Source of the DNA: an uncultured Gammaproteobacteria bacterium
Lineage (GTDB): Bacteria > Patescibacteriota > Microgenomatia > UBA8517
Assembly (NCBI GenBank): GCA_964489145.1
Contig: CAZAXL010000001.1
Span: 52,910 to 116,909 of the forward strand
Length of the DNA stretch: 64,000 bases
Reading direction: 5' to 3'
A program made the position numbers and the translations under genes. Positions 46,523-56,898 of the stretch are shown piece after piece. Within the stretch, counting starts at the first letter, position 1. Each line of letters begins with the position of its first letter. The notes beneath the pieces are model-generated. The model was not told where the DNA came from, did no database searches, and saw nothing but the letters and a program-made list of their open reading frames with translations.

Positions 46523-47677
46523 TCAAAGAAGATTTACATTCTTTTCTTCTTTAAGTTGTTCCACAACTTTTTTGACGGATTGCGCGTGACTCTTGGAGCA
46601 AACCAAAAGCGCGTCTTTTGTATCAACCACTACGATGTTATCAAGGCCTACTACGGCAATCATTCTACCGTCGGAGTGTACCAGGGCATCGGTCGTGTCG
46701 ATGGTTAACACTTCTCCGCCGGGTTCATCCCCTGAAATTATTACATTGCTTTTATTGTCTTTTTTGGAATTCGCCCAAACTTCTCTCCAATCCCCTATAT
46801 CCGTCCAAAAAAAGTCGCCGGCGACAGCCAGGAAGTTCTTTTCCCTCTCGCTTATCGCATAATCAACGGATATCGCAGGCATTTTTTTATACTCGGATGC
46901 CATGACTCTTGCTTCATCGGCTTTGCCTATATGCGGCTTGATATCCTGAAGATTCTTATAGATTCCCGGCTGATGTTTTTTAAAAGAATTCAAAAGATCA
47001 TCCGCTCTCCACACGTATTGGCCCGCATTCCAAAGATATTTTCCGGATGCCGTATACTCCTTGGCCAGTTCAATGGGGGGCTTTTCGACAAATCCGTCCA
47101 GTTTATAAAAATCCACGTTTCCCTTTACCCTAACCTTATCTCCTTTTTTGATGTGTCCCAGACCCGTATGGGGATATCTTGGTTCAACCCCCATAGCAAT
47201 AAGCACATGCTTTTCATAAGCTTCTTTTGCTGCCCGGACTAAAGTTTCCAAATATCTTGAAATCGGCTTGACCACCCTGTCTGCCGCCTCGGTCATAATA
47301 ACCGCGTCGGGATCTTTTGATTCAATAAAGAGGGCGCCAAGTGCATGAGCCGGCCCTGTTTCGCGCCTGACCGGTTCGACAATAACATTTTCGGGGTGAA
47401 GCCTTGGATTTTCCCTGAGAACTTCTTTCTTATATTCCGGTGAAACTGTGACAATAAAGATTTTCTCCCAGGGAAGAATTTCAGCAAAACGTTTTACAGC
47501 AACCTGGGTTAAGGTTTGGTTATCAAAAAGTTTTAAAAATTGTTTTGGGGTTTTCTGTCTGGACCTGGGCCAAAGTCTTGTTCCACCACCGCCCGCTAAA
47601 ATCAATGCATAAAGATGATCTTTGTAGTTGCCGTTTTCCACTTTTTGTATTTTAGACAAAAATCCGAAAACTTTCAT
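46523..47677 (-). CDS. manC: Mannose-1-phosphate guanylyltransferase
   Basis: ILAGGGGTRLWPRSR..PKQFL, EP..RETGPA, FVEKP, SVDYAI and WTDIGDW; no PMI cupin domain. Confidence 0.9.
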   Translation of the reverse strand: MKVFGFLSKIQKVENGNYKDHLYALILAGGGGTRLWPRSRQKTPKQFLKLFDNQTLTQVAVKRFAEILPWEKIFIVTVSPEYKKEVLRENPRLHPENVIVEPVRRETGPAHALGALFIESKDPDAVIMTEAADRVVKPISRYLETLVRAAKEAYEKHVLIAMGVEPRYPHTGLGHIKKGDKVRVKGNVDFYKLDGFVEKPPIELAKEYTASGKYLWNAGQYVWRADDLLNSFKKHQPGIYKNLQDIKPHIGKADEARVMASEYKKMPAISVDYAISEREKNFLAVAGDFFWTDIGDWREVWANSKKDNKSNVIISGDEPGGEVLTIDTTDALVHSDGRMIAVVGLDNIVVVDTKDALLVCSKSHAQSVKKVVEQLKEEKNVNLL

Positions 47678-47683
47678 TAGCTA

Positions 47684-48805
47684 TTAGTTTAACATCTTTT
47701 TAGTTAAGTCAAGAAACTCTTTTTTAAATCTAGCTTTTGAAAACTTCCGGGCATTTTCGGTAAGTCGTTTTTTATCAAACTTCATTTTTTCAAATTTTCT
47801 GACTGCCCCAATTAGCATTTCGGGATTTTGTTTATCAAAAAGAATTCCGGTTTTTCCATTGATAACAGTGTCAAGTGATCCTCCTTTTTTATAGGCAATG
47901 ACGGGTACGCCGTAACTCTGGGCCTCTACGGCAACTATACCAAAATCTTCTTCCTGGGGCATAATAAGAGCCTTGGCATTTTGATAGTATTTAGCAAGCT
48001 TTGTTTCGGAAACCTCACCGACAAACTTTACATTTTCCTTGGCACTGCGCTTCAACCTCACTCTTTCACTTCCCGTTCCAACAACTATTAATGGGAGCCC
48101 CAATTGATTAAAAGCGGAAACTGCAAGATCAACTTTTTTATAAGGAACCAGTCTGTTTACAACCAAATAATATCCGTGTTTGCCGGCAGTTTTTGACCTG
48201 GGACTTTTAAATTCAACCGGAGGAAATATTACCTCTGAGTCGCGTTTGTAATATTTTCTTATTCTCCTTTTTACTTCGGTCGAAATAGCAATCATTTTGT
48301 CGGGCCGTTTTGCAGCTTTTACCTCCCATGTCTTAAGGTATCCGACAAAAGGTTTTGAGATTACACGAAAAAAAGGAAATATTTTAAAGTAAACCGGAGG
48401 GTTTTTAAAATAATAGTCATTTAAACTCCAGAGATATCTGGTTGGCGTTAAACAATAACAAATATGCAAAGTGCCGGGTTTGGTTTTTATACCCTTAGCA
48501 GCCTCCGACGTAACGCTAACCACCAGATCAAATTTGTCAAAATTAAATGATTCAAAGGCGACAGGCATCAACCAGCCGAAGAGTTCATGCAGTGACTTAA
48601 CAAGAGGAACCTCTTGCAAAAATGATGTCACAACTGCCGGAAAAGCTTTTGCCCAAGAAGCTTTTTTGGAATCATATACGGAAGTATAAAGGGGTGCGTC
48701 GGGAAAAATTTCATGAAGTGCCAGGAGAACGCGTTCAGCGCCTCCCCACTTATTGACCCTGTCGTATACTATCGCAACTTTTTGCGTAGGCTTCCAAAGT
48801 TTCAT
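47684..48805 (-). CDS. GT4 glycosyltransferase (WbaZ-like)
   Basis: GGAERVL, YCLTPTRYLW, RLVPYKK and EDFGIVAVEAQ; exact start uncertain. Confidence 0.9.
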   Translation of the reverse strand: MKLWKPTQKVAIVYDRVNKWGGAERVLLALHEIFPDAPLYTSVYDSKKASWAKAFPAVVTSFLQEVPLVKSLHELFGWLMPVAFESFNFDKFDLVVSVTSEAAKGIKTKPGTLHICYCLTPTRYLWSLNDYYFKNPPVYFKIFPFFRVISKPFVGYLKTWEVKAAKRPDKMIAISTEVKRRIRKYYKRDSEVIFPPVEFKSPRSKTAGKHGYYLVVNRLVPYKKVDLAVSAFNQLGLPLIVVGTGSERVRLKRSAKENVKFVGEVSETKLAKYYQNAKALIMPQEEDFGIVAVEAQSYGVPVIAYKKGGSLDTVINGKTGILFDKQNPEMLIGAVRKFEKMKFDKKRLTENARKFSKARFKKEFLDLTKKMLN

Positions 48806-49877
48806 TCGCCATTTTAACCCAAGAATATTTATTTACAAATCCAATTGATTCCGAAATCATGTTATTCCGTTCGGATTCCTTTAGGAAAATAGCCTGTTCC
48901 ATTGTTTTTTCAATTGAATTGACGTCAAGTGGATCAAAATATAAAGCGTGTTCGGCATATATTTCTTTAAAAACCTTTATATTTGATGCCAAAAGTAAAG
49001 TTCCGGAGGCCATTGCTTCAAGTCCGGGAAGACCAAATCCTTCAGAGAGAGACGGAAAAACAAATCCTACGGAATTTTTATATAAACTTCCAAGTTTTTC
49101 ATCCGGAACAAATCCAAGGAGTTTTACTAATCCGTTTGCACCCCACTTTTGAACTTGTTTTTCTATTCTTTGGGTAAAAATATTCCTCGATGATGCAATT
49201 GCCAAAAACACCTTTTGGTTACTTTTTGTGTTCAATAGTTTTATGGCCTCGATTAGCCTTGATAAATTCTTGTGGGGATATGCGTTTCCTGTATATACAA
49301 AGTATGGCTTTGACATTTCAACTTCAGATCCCTCGGAGATTTTTCTATCAAATCCTTCATAAGTCACCTTTATTTTATCGGAATCCACTTTGTACTCTTC
49401 CGTCAGTTCATCCCTGACTGCATGGCTTGGCACTAGAATCATTTTTGACTTTTTAACCGCGTTATCGAATACAAATCTATACCCCAGTCTTTTAATAAAA
49501 TAAATCGGTGCGGGGAGTGTTGTCGCCGCAAGCCCCACGCTTTTATGCATCAGCATATCGTGAATCGTCACAATAAATTTACCTCTGAAAAATATGGGTA
49601 CATTAAAATGCGGAAAGTGAGTTATGTCGGGCTTTTCTTTTTTAATAATCCCGGGGATCATGATTTGTTCCGCGAAACTGTAATGCCGATAATCCGCCAA
49701 TATTTTTTTCCAATTATCCGGCAGCTTCAAAGAATCAAAATATTTTTTCCTGAGAAGAATAACATATTCGTTCTTTAAATCCAGCTTCGAAAGTTCGCCT
49801 ACAAGGTTAATTAAATATCTCCCCAAACCTGCATTTTCAAGCCCATAAAGACGGGCATCCAATAATATTTTTATCAT
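48750..49877 (-). CDS. GT4 glycosyltransferase
   Basis: GLGRY, TIHD, PHKN and EGFGLPGLEAM. Confidence 0.92.
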   Translation of the reverse strand: MIKILLDARLYGLENAGLGRYLINLVGELSKLDLKNEYVILLRKKYFDSLKLPDNWKKILADYRHYSFAEQIMIPGIIKKEKPDITHFPHFNVPIFFRGKFIVTIHDMLMHKSVGLAATTLPAPIYFIKRLGYRFVFDNAVKKSKMILVPSHAVRDELTEEYKVDSDKIKVTYEGFDRKISEGSEVEMSKPYFVYTGNAYPHKNLSRLIEAIKLLNTKSNQKVFLAIASSRNIFTQRIEKQVQKWGANGLVKLLGFVPDEKLGSLYKNSVGFVFPSLSEGFGLPGLEAMASGTLLLASNIKVFKEIYAEHALYFDPLDVNSIEKTMEQAIFLKESERNNMISESIGFVNKYSWVKMANETLEAYAKSCDSIRQGQ

Positions 49878-49884
49878 AAATTTT

Positions 49885-50766
49885 TTAGTATGAGGATAAT
49901 AGGACCACCTTGATATACCTAATTACTTTAAATACTTTTATCCCGAAAACAACAAAATAATCGAAAACCAGTGGATATTTTTTCCACAAATTCTTTCTGA
50001 AAAACCTTTCCATGGAAGTAACCCCTGCCAAACGGATTTTTTTACGCTGTTTGGGACTGACTTTATGTTTCCACTCCGAAACTTTGCCTTTGGTAACGCC
50101 TTTAAGATGAGTTACTGTTACCTCCGGATAATAAAAAATTTTGTAGCCGGCTTTGTGTATTTGGTAGCAAAGGTCAATGTCCTCCCCATCAAAAAAATAT
50201 TTTTCGTCAAACCAACCCACTTCATCCAACACCTTTTTCCGGGTCAAAAAGAAAGCACCCTGAATTGCTTCCACTTCATGGGTTATATTTTCGGAAATGT
50301 CTTCATACCAATAAGCCTTGCCGTTACCTAAAATTAAGTGCTGAAAGGCAATTTTAGGAGTAGGAAAACGGCGCCTGGTATCTTTATCCATTTTGCTGTT
50401 CGGAAGTACCAGTTTACAGGTTACCGCGCCAACATCAGGATGCTCTTTTAAAAATCTGACTGTCTCTGCAAAAACATTTTTGTGAACAATTGTGTCGGGA
50501 TTTAAAAAAAGAACCATTTCTCCGGCAACTAATGGCTTGGCACGGTTGTTGCCTTTGGAAAATCCCTCATTTGGTCCTTCGGTATACTTCACCCAGGGAA
50601 ATTTTTTCCGGATCATTTCGGGGCTCCCGTCGGCCGAAGAATTATCAGACACTATCACCTCCAAAGGCACCTCGTTAATGTGCGCCTTGACCGAATTAAG
50701 GCAGTCTTCCAATAGCTCTTTGGTATTGTAATTAAGAATTACTATCGTGAGTAGCGGTTTTTTCAT
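49885..50766 (-). CDS. GT2 glycosyltransferase (WbbL-like)
   Basis: ILNYNT, DNSSAD, GFSKGNN, LNPD and EDIDLC. Start moved to MKKPLL. Confidence 0.9.
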   Translation of the reverse strand: MKKPLLTIVILNYNTKELLEDCLNSVKAHINEVPLEVIVSDNSSADGSPEMIRKKFPWVKYTEGPNEGFSKGNNRAKPLVAGEMVLFLNPDTIVHKNVFAETVRFLKEHPDVGAVTCKLVLPNSKMDKDTRRRFPTPKIAFQHLILGNGKAYWYEDISENITHEVEAIQGAFFLTRKKVLDEVGWFDEKYFFDGEDIDLCYQIHKAGYKIFYYPEVTVTHLKGVTKGKVSEWKHKVSPKQRKKIRLAGVTSMERFFRKNLWKKYPLVFDYFVVFGIKVFKVIRYIKVVLLSSY

Positions 50767-51943
50767 ATATTTTGTCCAAATATTCCCCCATTTTATACCA
50801 ACTGAACTTTTGCTCAACCAGTTTTCTGGCGTTTTCCGCTATCTCTTTTGCCAATTTTTCGTCTTCCAGAATCCGTAAAGTCGCATCGGCAATTTCTTTG
50901 GAAGTGTCCCTGATTATTACTTCCCTGCCATCAGCCGCACCAAGGCCCTCAGCGCCCACCGATGTCGTAACCAAAGGCAGCTTTGCAGCCATTGCCGCCA
51001 AATGTTTAAGCCTGGTTCCTCCGGGTCCTCTAAGGGGTGAAACAAAAACTGAGGATTCGTAATAAGCATTTCTTATTCCTTCCTGATCGTCTTCGCTTAA
51101 ATTATCGATAATTATATTTTCAGATTTATATTTTAAAATTTCTTCAGGTATATGCTGACCAACAACCCAAACTTTTGCCTTGAAACTTTTGGCATGTACC
51201 CGCGGAAAAACCTCTTTTAGAAGAAGTTCGGCCGCTTCAACATTTTGCAGCCATTTGAAATTGGCAATAAAAAGAATTTTGGGTTCCGGTGAGCGCCAGC
51301 TATCCTTTTCTTTAAAGAAATCCAGATTTACCCCGTTCGGAACAAGGTTGACCTTAAGATCGGGGACCAATTTCAGCATTTCTTTCCTGTCCGACTCGGA
51401 TACCGCGACTACCCCGTCAGCTTTTTTCCAAAACTTCGTCTCCCAATATTTAAGCTTTGCGACATCAATTGATAAAAGAGAGCGTAATATGGGGTTTTTT
51501 ATCCCTTCCACATAATGTTTATAGACCAAGTACTCTATCGTCTGTTCGACCAAAAGGATCGGAGTCTTGGTTTCGGGAATATGAGGCATAACATAAAATG
51601 TTTCCGCGTGGATTAAGTCGTAATCAACCTGGGCAATTTCTTCCTGAACAGCTTTTGTTTCGTGGGGTGAGAGGTTTCTGATAACCAGGAAGGGGTAAGG
51701 CCCGAAACCGGTTAAAAGAATATTCCTTAAAGTCCATGGGGATTTCGAGCGTTTAAAAACTTTTACTTTTACACAATATTTTTCAAGTTCCGGAATAAAC
51801 TTTCTTTCAGAGTCATCTTTAATTAGGGAAAAAAGGGTGATTTTATGTTTCTTGCTTAAACCCTTAATTAAATTATAAGAACGTATCTGCCCGCCGGACG
51901 AATCCGGAAAGGGTAAGTAGGGGGTCAACATTAATATCTTCAC
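50732..51943 (-). CDS. GT4 glycosyltransferase
   Basis: SGGQIR, VPNGV, GGTRLK and TTSVGAEGL; GTG start. Confidence 0.88.
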   Translation of the reverse strand: MKILMLTPYLPFPDSSGGQIRSYNLIKGLSKKHKITLFSLIKDDSERKFIPELEKYCVKVKVFKRSKSPWTLRNILLTGFGPYPFLVIRNLSPHETKAVQEEIAQVDYDLIHAETFYVMPHIPETKTPILLVEQTIEYLVYKHYVEGIKNPILRSLLSIDVAKLKYWETKFWKKADGVVAVSESDRKEMLKLVPDLKVNLVPNGVNLDFFKEKDSWRSPEPKILFIANFKWLQNVEAAELLLKEVFPRVHAKSFKAKVWVVGQHIPEEILKYKSENIIIDNLSEDDQEGIRNAYYESSVFVSPLRGPGGTRLKHLAAMAAKLPLVTTSVGAEGLGAADGREVIIRDTSKEIADATLRILEDEKLAKEIAENARKLVEQKFSWYKMGEYLDKIYEKTATHDSNS

Positions 51944-51945
51944 AG

Positions 51946-53415
51946 TTATTTAATAGGTTTGTTAAGGTCAATAATAATATATTTGTCCGTCTTTTCTACT
52001 GTTTTAAACCTCGCCTCGATCATTTTGGTATCCTTGCTACCCAAATCCACGGATACGTAGTAGTCTGCCCCTTCTTCAATAATATTATCGATCGAGTTAT
52101 CAATTGCCGGCCAACCGAAGCGTTTAGTTTGATACAAGAAGGCTGTGTCGCCGTTGTAGGGTGCAACAATAAGGGCGTCTTTTGGAGTAACTCTGTCAAC
52201 TGCATCTCCCGCCTCCATTATTTCCGGATGGTTGATATTAAAGTTTCCCACTATTTGATTCCAACCGGTTATGAGCATAACCCCAATTGAAATCACAACG
52301 ATAATCCTTGTCAGAATTTTATTAAATATTCTCCCCTCCCAAAGAAAAACTGTTCCGGATGCTACCGCTAGGGCTATAGCCGGAATGGAAAGTATTTGAT
52401 AATAATCGTGCATAACATTGGCATTGGCTACGGCAGCAACATAAAAAAGGGTGCCTCCTAAAAATGCCTGAATAAATAAATTTTTAACCTTTGTATTTAA
52501 AACTCCGAAAGTGAAGGGAATAAGTCCCAAAGAACCCAGAATAAGGTGGCCCAACCTTTCTCCAAAAATCCAGTACCACCAGGAGGGTTTAAATCTAATC
52601 AGGTTTCCGTTAAATGCCCACTCGTAAAAAGGAATTCCTTCGGGAAATTTTGCCTCCCATCCTCTCCAAAGAAGGAAAGGTATAAAAGCAATTGCCAGAT
52701 AGGCAAGAGTTCCCGCAATAACGCGTTTTTCCTTAAAGAAACTTTTAATTCCATATTTTTTAATTGCTAAGTATATTATCGGAAAAAGATAGAATCCCAG
52801 ATAAGGCTTGATAAGAAGAGCCATTGCAAAAAAAACAGAGGAGATAAAAAGTAAAGCTTTTTTGTTGCCGTGAGCAAACTCCAAAAATGCCCAAAGGGAA
52901 ATTACTCCGAACATCACTCCCATCGGGTCAGGCAAAATCACTCTTGTAAAATAAATGTTGTAGGGAATAAACAAATAGAAAAACGCGGAAAGAAGCCCCA
53001 TATAATTCCCCATCAATCTTTTCCCAATAAGATACAGGAAAAATGCGGAGGTGACGGCAATGCTTATATTAATAAGTCTTGCCCAAACCTCAAGAGAAAT
53101 AGGGGTAAAAGATTTAGCCAGGACAACATTTAGGGCATTGTAGAAAGGGAATTCCACCATACGGTAGCCCATGGGGTTATCCATTCCGGTTTGAATGCTT
53201 GAAATGTCATGGTAGCGGGGTAAAAGTAAATTTATCCCGTTTTCAAGGTACACCCGGCTCACGGATGCCGTATCCGCCTGGCGCCAGCTGTGCCAATCAG
53301 CGACTGGATTGTTTATTTTGTAAAGGCGTATCACAAAACCCAAAACAAGCACGATTGATAATAAAATGTACTCAAAATATTTACCTTTTGTAAATTGAAT
53401 AATTTTAGTTCTCAT
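51946..53415 (-). CDS. GT-C fold membrane glycosyltransferase (ArnT/PMT-like)
   Basis: Polytopic membrane protein with WRQADT in the first loop, EFP, LIKP and HDYYQ. Confidence 0.8.
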   Translation of the reverse strand: MRTKIIQFTKGKYFEYILLSIVLVLGFVIRLYKINNPVADWHSWRQADTASVSRVYLENGINLLLPRYHDISSIQTGMDNPMGYRMVEFPFYNALNVVLAKSFTPISLEVWARLINISIAVTSAFFLYLIGKRLMGNYMGLLSAFFYLFIPYNIYFTRVILPDPMGVMFGVISLWAFLEFAHGNKKALLFISSVFFAMALLIKPYLGFYLFPIIYLAIKKYGIKSFFKEKRVIAGTLAYLAIAFIPFLLWRGWEAKFPEGIPFYEWAFNGNLIRFKPSWWYWIFGERLGHLILGSLGLIPFTFGVLNTKVKNLFIQAFLGGTLFYVAAVANANVMHDYYQILSIPAIALAVASGTVFLWEGRIFNKILTRIIVVISIGVMLITGWNQIVGNFNINHPEIMEAGDAVDRVTPKDALIVAPYNGDTAFLYQTKRFGWPAIDNSIDNIIEEGADYYVSVDLGSKDTKMIEARFKTVEKTDKYIIIDLNKPIK

Positions 53416-54820
53416 TTAGTTTACTTTTAATCAGACTTACGGAACTACCCAAAAGCAACCAGAATATTATTGCAAATTTCGACGCTTCAAACAAATCAAT
53501 CAGGAGTGCCGTAACAAAAGTTCCGATAAGTCCGCCTATAATTCCAAATAGATAACTTTTCTCAAAACTGCTTAACCTATCTTTTAATGAAAATGTTTTT
53601 AATAAAACTTTCCCGATTCTTAGAAATATTAACACGAAAGCGGAGAATCCCACGAGACCGATTTCTCCAAGCATTCTTAAATAATCGTTATCCGTTGCCA
53701 GGTCTATTGACGAATAGCCTGTTCCTAAAATTGGATTCTTGGAAAAGGCCCTGATTGCCCTCGGCCATTCAACGTTGTACCTGATTGCAATTGAAACGTC
53801 ATTGATAACTTTTACGGCTGCCGGAGCCGGGGTTGCCTGAATAATCTCGCGCGTTGTCAGCGTAACCTCATCCGCCCTAACAACAAAGCCCGGAACATAA
53901 CTGATGCCTTTTCCGGTTGTAACATACTCGTATAGAACCTTTATTGCCTGCCCAAATCTGGCATCAAGCCCCGAAGACATGGTCATTGAGACGACACTGA
54001 TAAGAATTACTATCAACCAACCTTTAAATTTCTTTAAGAGAAAAAGCGTGACGGTAACCGCCAAAAGATACGAGGCCTGAGCGGTCCTTGAAACTGAACT
54101 TATCAAAAGCCAGAGTCCCATTCCGGAAGAAATTGCTATAAAAAGTTTTGAAAGTTTTTCTTTCAATGTAAAAAGTGCTCCTAAAAATATGGGAAGTACT
54201 AAAACCATAAAGGCCGACAGATCATAATGTCCCGCGAAAGTCGAATTTATGTGTGCTCCGGGACTCCAGCGCAGGGCAATTCCTTTGGAATATTCTTCAT
54301 TTTGTGTGATGATTACGGGAAAATTCAGATATCGCTGCCCCAGGCCATAGACAAAAACGATGACCATAACAATCAATAAAATTTTAAAATAAAATTCCAC
54401 GGTTTCCTTTATTTTGTCGCGCGGAATTAAAAGATAAGTTGCAAGAAAAGGAATAATATACTCAACACGCCTTGCCCAATGCAAAAGCCCCAATCTTAAC
54501 TCTACCGTTTGTGTAATAAGAATCCCGGCAAGAAGCGAAATAAAAGTTACCATAAAAAATATCAGGATTGCACTAAGAATCTTGTCTTTCCAAATCTTTT
54601 TAAAATCCACTACGAACTTGGGGACCAGGACAAGCGCCAGGAAAAACATTAAAACGTCTTCAAGGCGGATCGAAACGTATGTTCCGGGAACACTAATCAG
54701 CGGAAACTTCGGCAGAAGCGGTACTATTATCAGAACCGCGGCAATCAAATATTTAGATATTTTTTCAGAAAGCATTAATAGCTTTTGCATATATTTTAGA
54801 AACATCTCTTTTTCCTGCAA
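53405..54820 (-). CDS. O-antigen ligase/polymerase-like membrane protein
   Basis: Many TM helices, STFAGH, SRT, NPILGTGY and DNDYLRMLGEIGLVG; the true start may be near 54775. Confidence 0.8.
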   Translation of the reverse strand: MQEKEMFLKYMQKLLMLSEKISKYLIAAVLIIVPLLPKFPLISVPGTYVSIRLEDVLMFFLALVLVPKFVVDFKKIWKDKILSAILIFFMVTFISLLAGILITQTVELRLGLLHWARRVEYIIPFLATYLLIPRDKIKETVEFYFKILLIVMVIVFVYGLGQRYLNFPVIITQNEEYSKGIALRWSPGAHINSTFAGHYDLSAFMVLVLPIFLGALFTLKEKLSKLFIAISSGMGLWLLISSVSRTAQASYLLAVTVTLFLLKKFKGWLIVILISVVSMTMSSGLDARFGQAIKVLYEYVTTGKGISYVPGFVVRADEVTLTTREIIQATPAPAAVKVINDVSIAIRYNVEWPRAIRAFSKNPILGTGYSSIDLATDNDYLRMLGEIGLVGFSAFVLIFLRIGKVLLKTFSLKDRLSSFEKSYLFGIIGGLIGTFVTALLIDLFEASKFAIIFWLLLGSSVSLIKSKLNEN

Positions 54821-55691
54821 TGCCCCAGAGAATTATTCTCAAAAAGACCCCCAATTTAAGGATTGCACGAAGGATGGGAATTTTCCACTTCGGTTCGTGT
54901 TTTTTATACATCAAAACCAGGTTTTTAAGTTCAAAAATCATTGCTTTCTCACTTCCGGAGGTTGCCTGTCCAAAGTGAACTATTTTCCATTCCGGCAAAT
55001 ACCAGATTTCCCACCCTTTTTGGGCAAATCTTGCCGAGAGCTCTACTTCTTCGACATAAAGAAAAAAGTCCTCATCAAAAACACCGACTTCTTTCAAAGC
55101 CTGCCTCCGCATCAAAAAAAATGCCCCGGTTACCCAGTCTTGTTTATGCTCACTTTTGAAAAATTTTTCACCTTTATAAATGGGGGATGCGGAATGAAGC
55201 GGATGATAAGGCTTGATAAGCCTATCCACTCCCGGAATATCGTCCAAGAAAGTCATCCAGGCCAACACCCTGAAAAGAGTCGGATAAAAGCCCCCCGATC
55301 CTTGATAGGAAGTTTCATCCGGATTAAGAAGGGCACAGCTTGAGACGCCGGCCTTGGGGTGGGCATCCATCCAGGCAATCATTTCCCTGAAGATATTTTT
55401 ATCAATAATCCGCGTGTCATCGTTAAGGAGAAGAATATACCTTCCAGTGGCAATCTTTATTCCCATATTGTTGTTTTCCCCAAAACCTCCGTTTTCCTCC
55501 CGCCTCAAAACTTTTACATAAGGAAACTTTTCTCTCACCAGGCTGCCCATTTTATCAGACGATGCGTTGTCGATCAGAATAATTTCACTCTCGACACCTT
55601 CAAGAGCGGGCTTGAGGGTTTTAATGCAGTCGAGGAGATAATCCTTTTTGGACGATACTATGATTATTGATAAATCGAGTGTGTTACTCAT
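54765..55691 (-). CDS. GT2 glycosyltransferase
   Basis: DNASSD, NGGFGENNN, LLNDD, WVTGAF and FFLYVEE. Confidence 0.9.
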   Translation of the reverse strand: MSNTLDLSIIIVSSKKDYLLDCIKTLKPALEGVESEIILIDNASSDKMGSLVREKFPYVKVLRREENGGFGENNNMGIKIATGRYILLLNDDTRIIDKNIFREMIAWMDAHPKAGVSSCALLNPDETSYQGSGGFYPTLFRVLAWMTFLDDIPGVDRLIKPYHPLHSASPIYKGEKFFKSEHKQDWVTGAFFLMRRQALKEVGVFDEDFFLYVEEVELSARFAQKGWEIWYLPEWKIVHFGQATSGSEKAMIFELKNLVLMYKKHEPKWKIPILRAILKLGVFLRIILWGIAGKRDVSKIYAKAINAF

Positions 55692-56229
55692 TCTTTTTTC
55701 TTAATGATTTTTCAAAAGCATTGTAAATTACGGCTATCATCAAGGCTGATGCAATAAATACCGCCTCCCTGACCCAAATACTACTGGGTACGTAGCGTAT
55801 TATTATTTTTTGCTGCCATGGCTTTCCACCTACAAAAAATATAGGCCGGTTGTTATCACTAGGGGGCTTAAAGCCATTAATATATATACTCTCCCTGAAA
55901 GGGTGGGCAAACTCCTGGAGGAAAGTACTCCCCGTCTGGTCCCTTATGATAGTCTGAGCGTTTTCCGGAGGGTAATTAAGAAGGAGTGTCGGAAGTTTAA
56001 TATTCAGAAAGCTCGAACGATCGAACTGCTTTTCATACCAATCCAGCACTTCCGCCCTGGTGTGATTTGTAAAATATCCTCTCCTTAAAGGGGTTTCCAA
56101 ATCTGCAGGCTCTTCTGATTGAATGGAATCAGGTGGAGGTTCAGGAAAAGTGTAATTCGGCAAGGCTAGGTATAAAATTCCGGCTATACAAAAAATAACG
56201 TAGAAGATATTGAGAATTTTTTTAAACAT
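55684..56229 (-). CDS. Membrane protein (2 TM helices), function unknown
   Basis: N- and C-terminal TM helices; overlaps both neighbouring genes. Confidence 0.75.
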   Translation of the reverse strand: MFKKILNIFYVIFCIAGILYLALPNYTFPEPPPDSIQSEEPADLETPLRRGYFTNHTRAEVLDWYEKQFDRSSFLNIKLPTLLLNYPPENAQTIIRDQTGSTFLQEFAHPFRESIYINGFKPPSDNNRPIFFVGGKPWQQKIIIRYVPSSIWVREAVFIASALMIAVIYNAFEKSLRKKNE

Positions 56230-56834
56230 TACTGAAATAGTCTTGCCCGACCAAGAATGTAATGAGGATTTCTTTCTCTCCTTTCTCCGATTTTACCTGC
56301 AGGAACTCCGCCGACAATTGTAAACTCGGGAACATCTTTTGTTACAACCGCCCCTGCAGCGATAACGGCTCCCTTTCCGATTTTAACTCCGGGAAGAATG
56401 ATTGCCCTGGGACCAACAAAAACATAATCGCCAATTTCCACAGGCTCAGTTCTGGCTGAAAATTTTTCACTCTCCAAATCGTGTTCGGAGTTATAAATCA
56501 TTACCGATGAGGCAATGTCTACATGGCTGCCGATGGTTAACGCCGCTCTGCCATCCAAGAAAGCGTGATCTCCGACAATGGTGTCTTCGCCGATGGAAAT
56601 ACCGGAAGGGTCAAAAAAGTTGGCCCACATATGAACCGTCGACCCTTTCCCGATTTTCATTCCGGAAAGTTTATAAATTATTTTTCGAAAAGCGTGGGAT
56701 GGAACATGGGAAACCCACCGGAGCGTCATCAACTCAAAATCAAGAATAACATTACTGATCCTATCCAAGATTTTCGATAATGCTTCTTTAGCTGATAACT
56801 GCCTGCCCGTTTTATCTCTAAACATATGTTTCAA
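56229..56834 (-). CDS. Hexapeptide-repeat O-acetyltransferase
   Basis: Left-handed beta-helix repeats (IGKGST, IGEDTI, IGDYVF, IGKGAV) and VVTKDVP..GGVPA; start may be MFRDK. Confidence 0.9.
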   Translation of the reverse strand: MKHMFRDKTGRQLSAKEALSKILDRISNVILDFELMTLRWVSHVPSHAFRKIIYKLSGMKIGKGSTVHMWANFFDPSGISIGEDTIVGDHAFLDGRAALTIGSHVDIASSVMIYNSEHDLESEKFSARTEPVEIGDYVFVGPRAIILPGVKIGKGAVIAAGAVVTKDVPEFTIVGGVPAGKIGERRERNPHYILGRARLFQ

Positions 56835-56898
56835 ATTACTAATTCTAAATTTAAAATTGGGATTTTAATTAAAATTTTTAATTTATAATTCATAATTT
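56832..56898. repeat. Intergenic 7-bp-period degenerate arrays
   Basis: Minus strand reads aattatg aattata aattaaa aatttta ... aatttta aatttag aattagt aatttga. Confidence 0.7.

Noticed and set aside
54582-55343. 253-aa plus-strand ORF
   Set aside because: Antisense to two well-supported glycan genes, with no recognisable domain.
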